From Syntrophales bacterium (lineage in GTDB: Bacteria; Desulfobacterota; Syntrophia; Syntrophales; UBA2210), in NCBI GenBank assembly GCA_963662405.2, contig CAXXKT010000001.1:1472001-1536000 (forward strand): a DNA stretch of 64,000 bases. Direction: 5' to 3'. Shown in pieces: positions 10,622 through 20,779 of the stretch. The notes beneath the pieces are model-generated. The model saw nothing but the letters and a program-made list of their open reading frames with translations, searched no databases and was not told the DNA's origin. The first letter of the stretch is position 1. The number at the start of each line of letters is the position of its first letter. The position numbers and the translations under genes are program-made.

Positions 10622-11086
10622 TCAATAGATCCCCGCCTCGATGCCGCCGGCGATCGTCTGCCCCAGTTCACGACACCTCTCGAGGATCTCATCCGTCACT
10701 CCCCCCTGTGTTCCCTTCGCGATGACGGGATCATACACCTTTTTGAATTGATAGCCGAGGGCGATTCGCTCGATACTGCTCAGGGCACCCGTTCCGTCGT
10801 TCCCCGCGCAGATAAAGACCACGTACGGTTTCCGGAATACCTTTCCCTCCGCCGGGTAAAAGGTGCGATCGAAGAAGTCCTTGAGCGCCCCCGACATATA
10901 TCCGAAATTCTCCGGTGTACCGATCGCGATCCCATCGCAGGCGAGGAGGTCTTCCAGGGACGCATCGGCCGCCCGCTTCAGGCGCACCTCTGTGTTTTCG
11001 ATGGACGCCGCCCCTTGGGCGACGGCCTGTGCCATCGTTTCGGTGTTCCCCGTTTGGGAATGGTATACAACCAGTATCGTGAACAT
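10622..11086 (-). CDS. Flavodoxin/WrbA-like FMN-binding protein
   Basis: YHSQTGNTE FMN loop; GTPENFG. Confidence 0.85.
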   Translation of the reverse strand: MFTILVVYHSQTGNTETMAQAVAQGAASIENTEVRLKRAADASLEDLLACDGIAIGTPENFGYMSGALKDFFDRTFYPAEGKVFRKPYVVFICAGNDGTGALSSIERIALGYQFKKVYDPVIAKGTQGGVTDEILERCRELGQTIAGGIEAGIY

Positions 11087-11134
11087 TGCTCCTCCATCAT
11101 CATGAAAATATACGCGGCAGATACGGCACCACTT

Positions 11135-12844
11135 CTACGGTCGATACACCGCCTTTGTCTTCTTTGCCAATTCTTCTTTTCGCAGTTCCCGCCGGAGGAT
11201 CTTGCCGGTTTCGGTCTTAGGGAGCATAACGCGGAACTCCACCTCCGCCGGCAGCTTGTACGTGGCCAGTCTCCCCCGACAGAATTCGATCATCTCCTCC
11301 TCGGTCGCCTGTTCCCCCTCCCTGAGTACCACAAAGACCTTGACCCGCTCTCCCTTCCGAAGGTCGGGAATGCCGATGGCGCAGGCCTCCTGTACCTTCG
11401 GATTTTCATAAAATACCTCGTCCACATCGATGGGATAGATATTATATCCCCCCGAGATGATCATCTCTTTCTTGTGATCCGTTATGTAAAAATACCCTTC
11501 ATCATCCATGAGGGCCACATCACCGGTATAACACCAACTGTTTCTGATGACATCCGCGGTCTCAGTCGGCATATCCTTGTATCCCTTCATGACCTGCGGT
11601 CCCCTGATGATCAGCTCGCCCGGTGTCCCCACGGGCATATCGGTGAGACCGTCTTCCAGGTCGACGATCCGGCAGAGGGTATCTGAAACGGGGACGCCGA
11701 TGCTGCCGACCTTGCATGCTCCTTTCTCGAAGGGATTGATATGCGTGACGGGGGATGTTTCAGTGAGGCCGAATCCCTCGATGATGGAGACCCCGGTTAC
11801 CTCTTCAAACTCTCGGAGGACCTCGTGCTCAAAGGGGGCGCTCCCCGAGATACATCCCTTGACACATCCCATGTCGGTCTTGGGAAGAGCGGGGTGATTG
11901 AGCATTCCTATATACATGGTCGGTACCATCGCCACAAAAGATGGTTGGTACGTTCGTATCGCCTTGAGGAGAAAGTCCGTCTTCGGTTTGGGGATCAGGA
12001 TATCTGTCCACCCCATATAGATGGAAAAATTCATGACCGTGGACAGACCGAAGGTATGAAAGAAAGGCAGTGCTCCCAGTGCCCGCTCGTTCCCTTTTTC
12101 AAAGGAAGGGAACCATGCAGCCATCTGTTGGACCTGGACACTGAGATTGGCGTGGGTGAGCATTACCCCCTTCGACACCCCGGCCGTTCCCCCGGTGTAC
12201 TGATACATGGCAACATCTTCAAAAGCCGGTTTCTCCGGTGGTGGACCCGGTAGATGCGTTTCCAGACACTCTTTCCAGGTGTACACTTCGGGTGCCGTCT
12301 TTACCGCAGCGATCAGTCTTTTGCGCTTTGCCGTAAAGCGGAAGAGAATAGTGCGCGAGAAGGGGAGGTACTCTCCGACGGAGGTATAGACGATCTGTTT
12401 GATCGGTGTCTCCGGGCGGAGATCGATCATTCGGTTCCCGAGGAGATCAATCGTTACCAGGACCTTCGCGCCTGATTGATTGAACTGGTGCTTCAGCTCC
12501 GCATCCGAGTAGAGAGGGTTGGTCATAACCGCCACCCCTCCGATCTTCAGGATGGCATAGTAGGCGGCGACGCAAGGGATCAGATTAGGCATGAGTACGG
12601 CAACGGCATCGCCGGGGCCGATGCCGAATGAAATCAGGCAGGCGGCAAAGCGGTCAACCATCTCCGCGAGTCTCTGATATGCGAGCGGATACCCGTCGCA
12701 GATCAAGGCCTCCCGTTCGGGGAACCGGTGGGCCGACCGCTCGAGGATATCGGGGAGACAGATCTCCTCGTATTCAATATTTTCCGGAATCCCATCTTGA
12801 TACACTCTCAGCCAGGGCTTATCCTCATACCGTACCGCTGTCAT
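11135..12844 (-). CDS. Long-chain-fatty-acid--CoA ligase (FadD-like)
   Basis: YTGGTAGVSKG, GFGLTE, YTGD and LPKTETGK motifs. Confidence 0.92.
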   Translation of the reverse strand: MTAVRYEDKPWLRVYQDGIPENIEYEEICLPDILERSAHRFPEREALICDGYPLAYQRLAEMVDRFAACLISFGIGPGDAVAVLMPNLIPCVAAYYAILKIGGVAVMTNPLYSDAELKHQFNQSGAKVLVTIDLLGNRMIDLRPETPIKQIVYTSVGEYLPFSRTILFRFTAKRKRLIAAVKTAPEVYTWKECLETHLPGPPPEKPAFEDVAMYQYTGGTAGVSKGVMLTHANLSVQVQQMAAWFPSFEKGNERALGALPFFHTFGLSTVMNFSIYMGWTDILIPKPKTDFLLKAIRTYQPSFVAMVPTMYIGMLNHPALPKTDMGCVKGCISGSAPFEHEVLREFEEVTGVSIIEGFGLTETSPVTHINPFEKGACKVGSIGVPVSDTLCRIVDLEDGLTDMPVGTPGELIIRGPQVMKGYKDMPTETADVIRNSWCYTGDVALMDDEGYFYITDHKKEMIISGGYNIYPIDVDEVFYENPKVQEACAIGIPDLRKGERVKVFVVLREGEQATEEEMIEFCRGRLATYKLPAEVEFRVMLPKTETGKILRRELRKEELAKKTKAVYRP

Positions 12845-12880
12845 ACGCTCCCCCTTCTTACGTTTTCCCGACCCCAGAAC

Positions 12881-12915
12881 AAAAAGGGCTCTCGATCCTA
12901 CGGATCGAGGGCCCT
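12881..12915 (-). terminator. Intrinsic terminator after the Fe-S oxidoreductase gene
   Basis: AGGGCTCTCGATCC-TAC-GGATCGAGGGCCCT hairpin followed by a T-run on the minus strand. Confidence 0.75.
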
Positions 12916-12972
12916 CTCCACTACCCTAATACGAGATACATCTTCCACCTTATCGGTTGAAGTCTCTTCTCC

Positions 12973-15108
12973 CTAGGCCTCCTCGACGGGGGGCTCCTCG
13001 GTCTCCACCTTTTCTTCGAGACCCATAGAATTCCAAGCGATTTCGGCGATATCCAGTGCTACCATCTTCTCTTCCATCTGGCGGTCCTTGATGCCGTCCG
13101 CCATCATGGTGAGGCAGAAGGGACAGCCCACTGCGATCGTATCCGCCTTCGCAGCGATGGCCTGATCCGCCCGCATATCGTTGATCCGATCGCCGATATC
13201 CTCTTCCATCCACATCCTCCCGCCACCGGCGCCGCAACAGAAGCTCTTGGCGCGGTTTCGATCCATCTCCGCCAGTTGCATCCCGGGAACGGCCTGCAGG
13301 ACCTTGCGCGGCTGCTCGTAGATATTATTGTACCGACCCAGGAAGCAGGAGTCGTGGTAGGTAAAGGTTCCCTGGACCGAATCTTTCAGTTTGATCTTTC
13401 CCTGTGCAATCAGATCGGCAATGATCTCGCTGTGATGATAGACCTCGAAATTGCCGCCGAAATGCGGGTAATCTTTTTTGATCATGTTATAGCCGTGGGG
13501 ACAGGTGCAGATGATCTTCTTCACGCCGTACCCGTTCATCACCTCTATGTTCATCTGTGCCAATGTTTGGGAGAGGTATTCATTTCCGCCCCGCATCGCG
13601 GAGTCGCCACAGCAACCCTCTTCCTCGCCGAGGATACCGAAACTGACACCGGCCTCCTTGAGCAGTTTTGCAAAGGCGATCGTCACCTTTTTGCCCCTGT
13701 CGTCAAAAGATCCGGAGCATCCAACATAGAAGAGGTACTCTACATTGGAATCTTCGGCCATTGTCTTGACACCCAGTTCTTTGGCCCACTCGGCCCTCAG
13801 GTGTGTCCCGATCCCCCACGGGTTGGAGTTGTTCTCCATATTACGGTACGTTAACTGCAGCTCGGGAGAGAAATCGGCCTCCATGAGTACCTTGTACTGT
13901 CGCATCCCGGTGATCATGGGGACATGCTCGTTAAAGACGGGGCAGGCCTCCATGCAGTACATGCAGTTCGTACACGCCCACAGTTCGTGGAGATCGATAA
14001 CCTCGCCCACCATCGCCTTCTCCGGCTCCGGTATCGCGGCCTCTTCCCCTTCTTTGGCGGCCTTCTTCGCCGCCATGACGACGGGAGCCCGCTCCAACCA
14101 GTACTCCTTAATGTCCTGATGGAGTTTCTTCGGGGAGAGGGGTTTGCCCGACAGGTAGGCGGGGCATCCGTCCTGGCACCGTCCGCACTTCAGACAGGCA
14201 TCGCTGTTGAAGATCTGTTTCCACGTGAAGTCTTCGAGCTGTCCGACGCCGAAGGATTCGGCATTTTCAAAGTCGGCAATGGGTTCGAGATACCCCGTCG
14301 GCTTCAGCGATCGCATATACTGGTTAGCCGGCGCAAGCGCGATATGGATCAGCTTCGAGAAGGGCAGATACGCGATAAAGCCGAAGGCGAGAAAGGCATG
14401 GAGCCACCACGTCAGCTTGTGAAGGATCCTGACCGTATCGTAGTTGATCCCCGACAGGGTCTTTGCGAAGGCGTATCCCACAAAGGACCACCCACCCCAG
14501 GTGTACCCGTCGACGTTGATATTCACATGAAGTCGGAACCCCTCGAGGAGAAATCCCGTCACGATGATACCGGCGATGAGAATCAGGATAATCGCATCGT
14601 CCGCCGTGGCATCCAGTTTTCCCCGGTAACCGAGTCGATCCGGTTTCTGGACATATTTTCTCCAGACCGCCAGGACGACACCGACGAGGACCGCAAGACC
14701 GAACACCTCCATAATAAAAGAAAACCAGAGATAGAAGCTGCCGTTAAAGAACGGGACAAGGAAGGGAAGGTGGAAGTGGGTCGCATCGAAAGCCGCACCG
14801 AATATCAGAACAAAAAACCCGAAGAAGATCAGGGCATGCATGGCTCCCGGAAAGGCATCCTTGAATGTTCGCGCCTGCAAGAGGCCGTTCAGGAGGAGGG
14901 ACTTGACCCGATCTCCCGCGTTATCGGTCCTGTTCTCCGGTTTGCCGATTGCCTTCCACATCTGCCAGCGCAGATAGAACCCATAGGCACAGATCGCTAT
15001 GGCAATCGCTGCAAATAAGAAAAGTACCGGTTCGGAAGGAAATGGGGCATTCCAGAATACCTCTCTCCCCTCATTTCCCACAGAGTATACCTGTCCGCCG
15101 TGTGCCAT
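12973..15108 (-). CDS. Membrane-bound Fe-S oxidoreductase (NarI-like TM + 2x[4Fe-4S] + CCG domains); probable ETF:quinone oxidoreductase
   Basis: TM region; CLKCGRCQDGCP and CTNCMYCMEACP; two CCG motifs; directly downstream of etfBA. Confidence 0.88.
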   Translation of the reverse strand: MAHGGQVYSVGNEGREVFWNAPFPSEPVLFLFAAIAIAICAYGFYLRWQMWKAIGKPENRTDNAGDRVKSLLLNGLLQARTFKDAFPGAMHALIFFGFFVLIFGAAFDATHFHLPFLVPFFNGSFYLWFSFIMEVFGLAVLVGVVLAVWRKYVQKPDRLGYRGKLDATADDAIILILIAGIIVTGFLLEGFRLHVNINVDGYTWGGWSFVGYAFAKTLSGINYDTVRILHKLTWWLHAFLAFGFIAYLPFSKLIHIALAPANQYMRSLKPTGYLEPIADFENAESFGVGQLEDFTWKQIFNSDACLKCGRCQDGCPAYLSGKPLSPKKLHQDIKEYWLERAPVVMAAKKAAKEGEEAAIPEPEKAMVGEVIDLHELWACTNCMYCMEACPVFNEHVPMITGMRQYKVLMEADFSPELQLTYRNMENNSNPWGIGTHLRAEWAKELGVKTMAEDSNVEYLFYVGCSGSFDDRGKKVTIAFAKLLKEAGVSFGILGEEEGCCGDSAMRGGNEYLSQTLAQMNIEVMNGYGVKKIICTCPHGYNMIKKDYPHFGGNFEVYHHSEIIADLIAQGKIKLKDSVQGTFTYHDSCFLGRYNNIYEQPRKVLQAVPGMQLAEMDRNRAKSFCCGAGGGRMWMEEDIGDRINDMRADQAIAAKADTIAVGCPFCLTMMADGIKDRQMEEKMVALDIAEIAWNSMGLEEKVETEEPPVEEA

Positions 15109-15245
15109 AATGTTATCGCCTCCATATAGGAATTTCAGATTTCTAACCCTGCTGGTTTCCTAAAAGGTGAGGGGGTCTTACTACTCCTCATTCTTTTACA
15201 AAGCCAAAAGGATCAAAGATCACTGTAACGCTCGGATTGGTGTTC

Positions 15246-15280
15246 AAAAAAGTGGGGGTGGATATGATATCCACCCCCAT
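15246..15280 (-). terminator. Intrinsic terminator-like hairpin after etfA
   Basis: TGGGGGTGGATAT/ATATCCACCCCCA inverted repeat plus minus-strand T-run. Confidence 0.7.
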
Positions 15281-15288
15281 ATTGCCTA

Positions 15289-16263
15289 TTACAGGATTTT
15301 TTTAACTTCCGCGGTCAGCTCCGGCACGACCTTGAACAGATCGTCCACGATACCGTAGTCGGCCTTGGCAAATATCGGCGCCTCCTCATCCTTGTTGATG
15401 GCGACGATATACTTGGAGGAACTCATCCCGGCCAGATGCTGAATGGCCCCGGAGATTCCGCAGGCGATATACAGGTTCGGGGAGACCACCTTACCGGTCT
15501 GTCCCACCTGGTCCGTCTGGGGTTTCCATCCCGCGTCAACCGCGGCCCTGGAGGCGCCCACGGCCGCGCCGAGAAGTCCGGCCAGCTCTTCAAGGATCTT
15601 GTACTCGTCGGGACCCTTCATACCGCGACCGCCGGAGATGATGACGTTCGCCTCCGTCAGTTCGATCTTGCCGCTTGCATCCTCCTGTGTCTCAAGGACC
15701 TTGGTCTTGAGGGCGTCAGCGGGGATACCCGCGTCGAACTTCACTACCTCGCCCGCCTTGGCATTCTCCACCGCGGCGAAGACATTTGGACGCAGTGTCG
15801 CCATCTGGGGAAAGCTTTCGATACCCACTTCCGCGAAGGTCTTGCCAGCGTACATCGGTCTGACGGCAACCATCTTACCACCATCAATCTTCAGCTCCGT
15901 GCAGTCGGAAGCCATGCCGGTGGCCAGTTTCCCAACCAGGCTCGCCCCAAGATCTTTGCCCTGCACCGATGCGCCCAGAAGCAGGATCGACGCATCATTT
16001 TCCTTCACAACCTTGGCAACCGCCGCGCTGTACGCATCGGTTGTATAATCGGCATAGATGGCGTCATCCGCCAGATATACCTTGTCCACACCATATTTGG
16101 CCAGTTCCGGGGCAAGTCCCTCAACACCGGACCCCACCAGAACCGCGTTTACCTCCTCGCCCAGTTCATCAGCAAGCTTTCTTGCCGCACTGGCAATCTC
16201 GAAAGAGACCTTGCGAAGGGCGCCACCTCTCTGTTCAGCAACTATCCATACACCTTTTGCCAT
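15289..16263 (-). CDS. etfA: Electron transfer flavoprotein alpha subunit
   Basis: SGGRG, GASRAAVD, QVGQTGK and GISGAIQH motifs. Confidence 0.95.
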   Translation of the reverse strand: MAKGVWIVAEQRGGALRKVSFEIASAARKLADELGEEVNAVLVGSGVEGLAPELAKYGVDKVYLADDAIYADYTTDAYSAAVAKVVKENDASILLLGASVQGKDLGASLVGKLATGMASDCTELKIDGGKMVAVRPMYAGKTFAEVGIESFPQMATLRPNVFAAVENAKAGEVVKFDAGIPADALKTKVLETQEDASGKIELTEANVIISGGRGMKGPDEYKILEELAGLLGAAVGASRAAVDAGWKPQTDQVGQTGKVVSPNLYIACGISGAIQHLAGMSSSKYIVAINKDEEAPIFAKADYGIVDDLFKVVPELTAEVKKIL

Positions 16264-16288
16264 TTTTTTATCCTCCTCTTCCCTCCGG

Positions 16289-17050
16289 TTAAATTACCTT
16301 GGCCTCTTCCCTCAGCAACTTGGCCAACTCAGCGGCCTTCACAGCCGGATCGTCGCCACCGATGATCTTTCCTGGGGCCCTCTCCGGAGGGGGAGTCATC
16401 TTGAGAATCTTTGCCTTCGGCTCAACGGAAATACCGAGTGCCGCAGCGTCCTTCACATCGACCGGTTTCTTCTTCGCCTTCATGATACCGGGGAGAGATG
16501 CGTAACGCGGTTCGTTCAGACCCTTCTGTGCGGTAACAACGCAGGGCATCGGGCTCTCTATTATAAGCTGTGCCCCTTCGATGGGTTTAGTGGCCTTTAC
16601 CTTGCCGTCCGCCACTTCAAGCCCGGTCACGATAGTGACCTGGGGAATCCCGAGCAGTTCGGCCAGGATGGATCCGACCTGAGCGGAGTCATCGTCAATC
16701 GCCCTCTGTCCGCAGAAGATAATATCGGGATTGATCTCTTTGATGGCGGCTGCCAGCGCGGCTGCCGTGTTGTACTCGTCCGCCTCATCAATGGTGATAT
16801 GAACCCCTTTTTCCGCGCCCATGGCAAGGGCAGTCCGGATCGTCTCCATCGCCCGTGCGGGACCGACTGATACAACGGTCACCTCTCCACCATTCGCCTC
16901 TTTCAGCTTCAGGGCTTCTTCGACACCGTACTCATCATAGGGATTCATGACCCACTTGATTCCGCCCTCTTCAATACCGGAGCCGTCAGCTTTTACCTTG
17001 ATTAACGCCTCGGTATCAGGGACCTGTTTTACACATGCAACTATGTTCAC
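16289..17050 (-). CDS. etfB: Electron transfer flavoprotein beta subunit
   Basis: CVKQVPDT, MNPYDE and NEPRY motifs. Confidence 0.95.
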   Translation of the reverse strand: MNIVACVKQVPDTEALIKVKADGSGIEEGGIKWVMNPYDEYGVEEALKLKEANGGEVTVVSVGPARAMETIRTALAMGAEKGVHITIDEADEYNTAAALAAAIKEINPDIIFCGQRAIDDDSAQVGSILAELLGIPQVTIVTGLEVADGKVKATKPIEGAQLIIESPMPCVVTAQKGLNEPRYASLPGIMKAKKKPVDVKDAAALGISVEPKAKILKMTPPPERAPGKIIGGDDPAVKAAELAKLLREEAKVI

Positions 17051-17121
17051 AATTGCCTCCTTTCACCGATGAGTGTGAATCTCTTTACTTCTGCACTCAT
17101 CTGTTATTATTGATTGTACTC

Positions 17122-17154
17122 CCGGTTTCTCCCCCGTGGTAGGGGAGAAACCGG
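17122..17154 (-). terminator. Stem-loop downstream of acs (terminator or stability hairpin)
   Basis: 13-bp inverted repeat CCGGTTTCTCCCC/GGGGAGAAACCGG; no clear T-tail. Confidence 0.5.
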
Positions 17155-17170
17155 AAAGAGTAATACTCTC

Positions 17171-19141
17171 TTACAAACGGTTTTTCAAGATATCATCTAC
17201 AACGGATGGATCGGCCAGTGTTGAGGTGTCACCCAAGTCATCGATTTCGTTGGCTGCTACCTTCTTCAGGATTCTGCGCATGATCTTGCCGCTTCTGGTC
17301 TTGGGAAGACCGTCCGCCCACTGGATCTTCTCAGGTGTGGCGATCGGGCCGATCTCCTTGCGGACGTGGGCAACGAGCTCTTTCCTCAACTCATCCGTCT
17401 TCTCGACGCCGGTATTCACGGTAACATAAGCGTAAATCGACTGTCCCTTCATCTCATGGGGATACCCGACAACGGCCGCTTCAGCCACCATTGCATGCTT
17501 AACCAGGGCTGATTCGACCTCGGCCGTTCCCATGCGGTGACCGGAGACGTTGATAACATCGTCGATACGACCCGTAATCTGGTAGTACCCATCGGCATCC
17601 CTTCTCGCGCCGTCGCCCGCCACGTAGTAGCCGGGGAACTGCTCGAAATAGGTCTCCTTGAATCTCTGGGTATCACCGTAGATCCCTCTCGTGAGGCCGG
17701 GCCAGGGTTTCTTGATGCAGAGGGCGCCCGAAGCAACGGTATCCGTCAGTTCTTTCCCCTCATCGTCCAGGAGGACCGGCCAGACACCCATAAAGGGTAC
17801 CGTCGCCATACCCGGTTTGATGTCGGTGGCACCGGGGAGGGGAGTAATCAGGATGCCGCCCGTCTCCGACTGCCACCAGGTATCGACGATCGGGCACTCT
17901 CCGCGTCCGATGAGGTTGAAGTACCAGTTCCATGCCTCGGGGTTAATCGGTTCGCCCACCGTACCGAGGATCCTGAGCGAGGAGATATCGGCTGCCTTGA
18001 CCCAGGTGTCACCCTCTTTGGCGATGGAGCGGATGGCGGTCGGAGCGGTATAGAAAATGTTGACCTTGTACTTTTCAACGATTTTCCAGAACCGGCTCAT
18101 ATCCGGATAGTTCGGGATCCCTTCAAACTGGATGGAGGTGGCACCGTTGCAGAGCGGACCATAGACGATGTAGCTGTGGCCGGTGACCCACCCGATATCG
18201 GCGGTGCACCAGTAGACGTCACCCTCCTGATAGTCGAAGACCATCTTGTGCGTATAGGCCACATAAGTGAGATAACCGCCCGTGGTATGGACAACGCCCT
18301 TCGGCTTTCCGGTAGAACCTGATGTGTAGAGGATGAAGAGAGGATCTTCGGAATCCATCCACTCCGGTTCGCAGTTGGCGTCGACCTTCGCCATTTCATC
18401 GTTCCACCAAAGGTCTTTTCCTTCGGTCCAGTCACACTTGATCTTGTCCCCGACACGTTCAACAACAACCACCTTCTCAATCGAGGGGCATTCGCTGACG
18501 GCGAGGTCTGCATTTGTCTTCTGCGGGATGGCTTTTGCGCCGCGGAATGTGCCGTCACAGGTGACGAGCATCTTTGCGTTACTGTCCTGAATCCTGTCCC
18601 TGAGGGCGTCCGCAGAGAAACCGCCGAATACGATACTGTGGATCACACCGATACGGGTGCAGGCCAGCATGGAGACAACCAGTTCGGGGATCATGGGCAG
18701 ATAGATCACCGCCCGGTCACCCTTCTTCAGGCCCTGGGCCTTGAGGACATTGGCGAATTTGCAGACCTCTTCATGGAGTTCCTTATAGGTGATGCCCCTC
18801 TCTTCACCGGGCTCGTTCCCTTCCCACTGAATGGCGACCTGGTCGCCTTTCTTCTCGAGGTGCCGGTCGAGGCAGTTATAAGAGACATTCAGCTTGCCGC
18901 CTTCGAAGTATTTGATGTAGATATCGCCTTTCCTGTGGTCGAAGTTGTAATCTTCGACCTTGTCCCACTTCTTGAACCAGGTCACATACTCTTCCGCTAT
19001 CTCAGCCCAGAAGCCCTCCGGGTCCTCAAGAGAACGTTTGTAAATCTTTTCATACTCCTCTTCTCCTTTGATATGGGCCTTCTCTTTTATCCATGCCGGT
19101 ACCGGATAAACCTCTTTCAATGCTACCTTCTCTTCCGCCAT
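17171..19141 (-). CDS. acs: Acetate--CoA ligase (AMP-forming)
   Basis: [21 protein letters not shown] and [12 protein letters not shown] motifs. Confidence 0.96.
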   Translation of the reverse strand: MAEEKVALKEVYPVPAWIKEKAHIKGEEEYEKIYKRSLEDPEGFWAEIAEEYVTWFKKWDKVEDYNFDHRKGDIYIKYFEGGKLNVSYNCLDRHLEKKGDQVAIQWEGNEPGEERGITYKELHEEVCKFANVLKAQGLKKGDRAVIYLPMIPELVVSMLACTRIGVIHSIVFGGFSADALRDRIQDSNAKMLVTCDGTFRGAKAIPQKTNADLAVSECPSIEKVVVVERVGDKIKCDWTEGKDLWWNDEMAKVDANCEPEWMDSEDPLFILYTSGSTGKPKGVVHTTGGYLTYVAYTHKMVFDYQEGDVYWCTADIGWVTGHSYIVYGPLCNGATSIQFEGIPNYPDMSRFWKIVEKYKVNIFYTAPTAIRSIAKEGDTWVKAADISSLRILGTVGEPINPEAWNWYFNLIGRGECPIVDTWWQSETGGILITPLPGATDIKPGMATVPFMGVWPVLLDDEGKELTDTVASGALCIKKPWPGLTRGIYGDTQRFKETYFEQFPGYYVAGDGARRDADGYYQITGRIDDVINVSGHRMGTAEVESALVKHAMVAEAAVVGYPHEMKGQSIYAYVTVNTGVEKTDELRKELVAHVRKEIGPIATPEKIQWADGLPKTRSGKIMRRILKKVAANEIDDLGDTSTLADPSVVDDILKNRL

Positions 19142-19998
19142 TGCTTTGCTACCTCCATTTTTTGTTGTTTTCTGTAAAATGTTTCACTGGACTCAGCAAC
19201 ACCATGATCAGCTCCGGGAGGAGAAAGGCCTCCATAATCCGGGACTTGTTACCGCGAGACAACCCAAGGTCAGAATATGACTAAAGGTCATACGGCTCAG
19301 TGAAGTAATCAAAAAAAGGGATGGATGTCAAGGAAAAAAACTTAAAGTATCGGGCCGGATAAATCCGACTGTAAGGGATCTATTGAAAGCACCCCCTGCA
19401 TGGATTAAGAGAGTGATTTCTTCTCGAATCAATGTTGGTACCTTATTTCATGTCGCCGGGCTATTATTACACCGGAGTCGATTTTGGATGTATATACAAT
19501 GGATGGGGCGTTGTCCGTCTGTGCTGATGGGGAGTGGGGCTTTTGTTCCAGTTCCAGTGACACGCGATCCTTTCGGTACGGTGACTATTCCCCCTCTCAA
19601 CGGGTGGGGAATTTTCACCCTGATCGGGCTTATCTTGGCGGAAGGGACGAGAAGGACGAGGAGAAACAAACAGGAGGATCGGTAGGGCGTTTCTGTCGGG
19701 TCTGCGGGTTTTTCCTTTTCGTGTCTGGTGCCTGTATTGTTGTATATCGTACGGGCACAGTCTCCGTATGGACGAATCGTGTAATCCGGATCACGACCAT
19801 GCCCGGTCGGTCTTGTACGAAAAGACGATTTCCAATCAGTAAGTGATGTGCACCTGGACCCTCTTACCGGTCGAGGAAGCCCTGGCTTTTTGCCCATTCA
19901 TTTGTCAGCCCGAAATAACCACCGGATAATTACGCCTTGACAAACAACTCGAATTATGGTGAAAGAGGCAGCTTACAGATCTTAAGAGAGGCTTTCCG

Positions 19999-20136
19999 AT
20001 GAAAAAGAATCTAACGAAGTTGAGCAACATCAAGAGAAAACGAACCCACGGGTTTCGTGCCCGGATGGCGACGCGATGGGGAAGGCAGATACTGAACAGG
20101 AGGAGAGCGAAGGGAAGAAAGCGGCTTGCGGTATAA
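19999..20136 (+). CDS. rpmH: 50S ribosomal protein L34 (below the ORF-track length cutoff)
   Basis: Manual translation [45 protein letters not shown]; directly upstream of rnpA. Confidence 0.95.
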   Translation: MKKNLTKLSNIKRKRTHGFRARMATRWGRQILNRRRAKGRKRLAV

Positions 20137-20197
20137 CCCTTTGCGCCGGGAGACGCTCGTTGCCTTGTAACGGTGGAGGTGGGCCCTGCCGGATCTC

Positions 20198-20536
20198 ATG
20201 AAAGAACAATCCTTCGGAAAAAAGGAGCGAATACGCAAAAGGAAGCAGTATCTGGATATATACCGAAGGGGGGGGCGGCTTCACTCACACAATTTCATCG
20301 TCGTACTGAGCCCCAGTCCATCGGGGGAAAAGAGGCTCGGAGTAGCAGTCAGCAAAAAGGTAGGAAACGCAGTAAAGCGGAACAGGATTAAACGCCTTTT
20401 ACGAGAGTTTTTCAGATTAAACAAAGAGGGGCTGCCTGATTCAAAAGACATGGTGATCATAGCAAAAAAAGATGTCTCTTCGCTCACGTACCAGGGCGTA
20501 TGCTTTGAGCTGGCGGGTCTTTTGAACAAGAAGTAA
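20198..20536 (+). CDS. rnpA: Ribonuclease P protein component
   Basis: [21 protein letters not shown] (RNR motif); synteny. Confidence 0.96.
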   Translation: MKEQSFGKKERIRKRKQYLDIYRRGGRLHSHNFIVVLSPSPSGEKRLGVAVSKKVGNAVKRNRIKRLLREFFRLNKEGLPDSKDMVIIAKKDVSSLTYQGVCFELAGLLNKK

Positions 20537-20541
20537 TACTC

Positions 20542-20760
20542 ATGAGAGTTTTGGAAGATGTGTTCATCGCGTGCATCCGGTTTTATCAGGTAGCCATATC
20601 TCCCTATTTCCCTCAGCGCTGCCGATTTTATCCTACCTGCTCCGAGTACGCCATAGGTGCTATCCGGCGCTATGGTCCTTTCAGGGGGACCCTGCGCGGG
20701 TTTCTGCGCATACTCAGGTGCAACCCCTTTCACCCCGGTGGGTACGATCCAGTAGAATAG
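20542..20760 (+). CDS. yidD: Membrane protein insertion efficiency factor
   Basis: [10 protein letters not shown] and [13 protein letters not shown]. Confidence 0.95.
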   Translation: MRVLEDVFIACIRFYQVAISPYFPQRCRFYPTCSEYAIGAIRRYGPFRGTLRGFLRILRCNPFHPGGYDPVE

Positions 20761-20779
20761 TTAACCACGGAGGTCTTGC

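Noticed and set aside
19142..19998. oriC upstream of rpmH
   Set aside because: No consensus DnaA boxes seen and no dnaA gene
20268..20275. G8 tract in rnpA as a phase-variation site
   Set aside because: In frame within an essential gene; it simply encodes Arg-Gly-Gly
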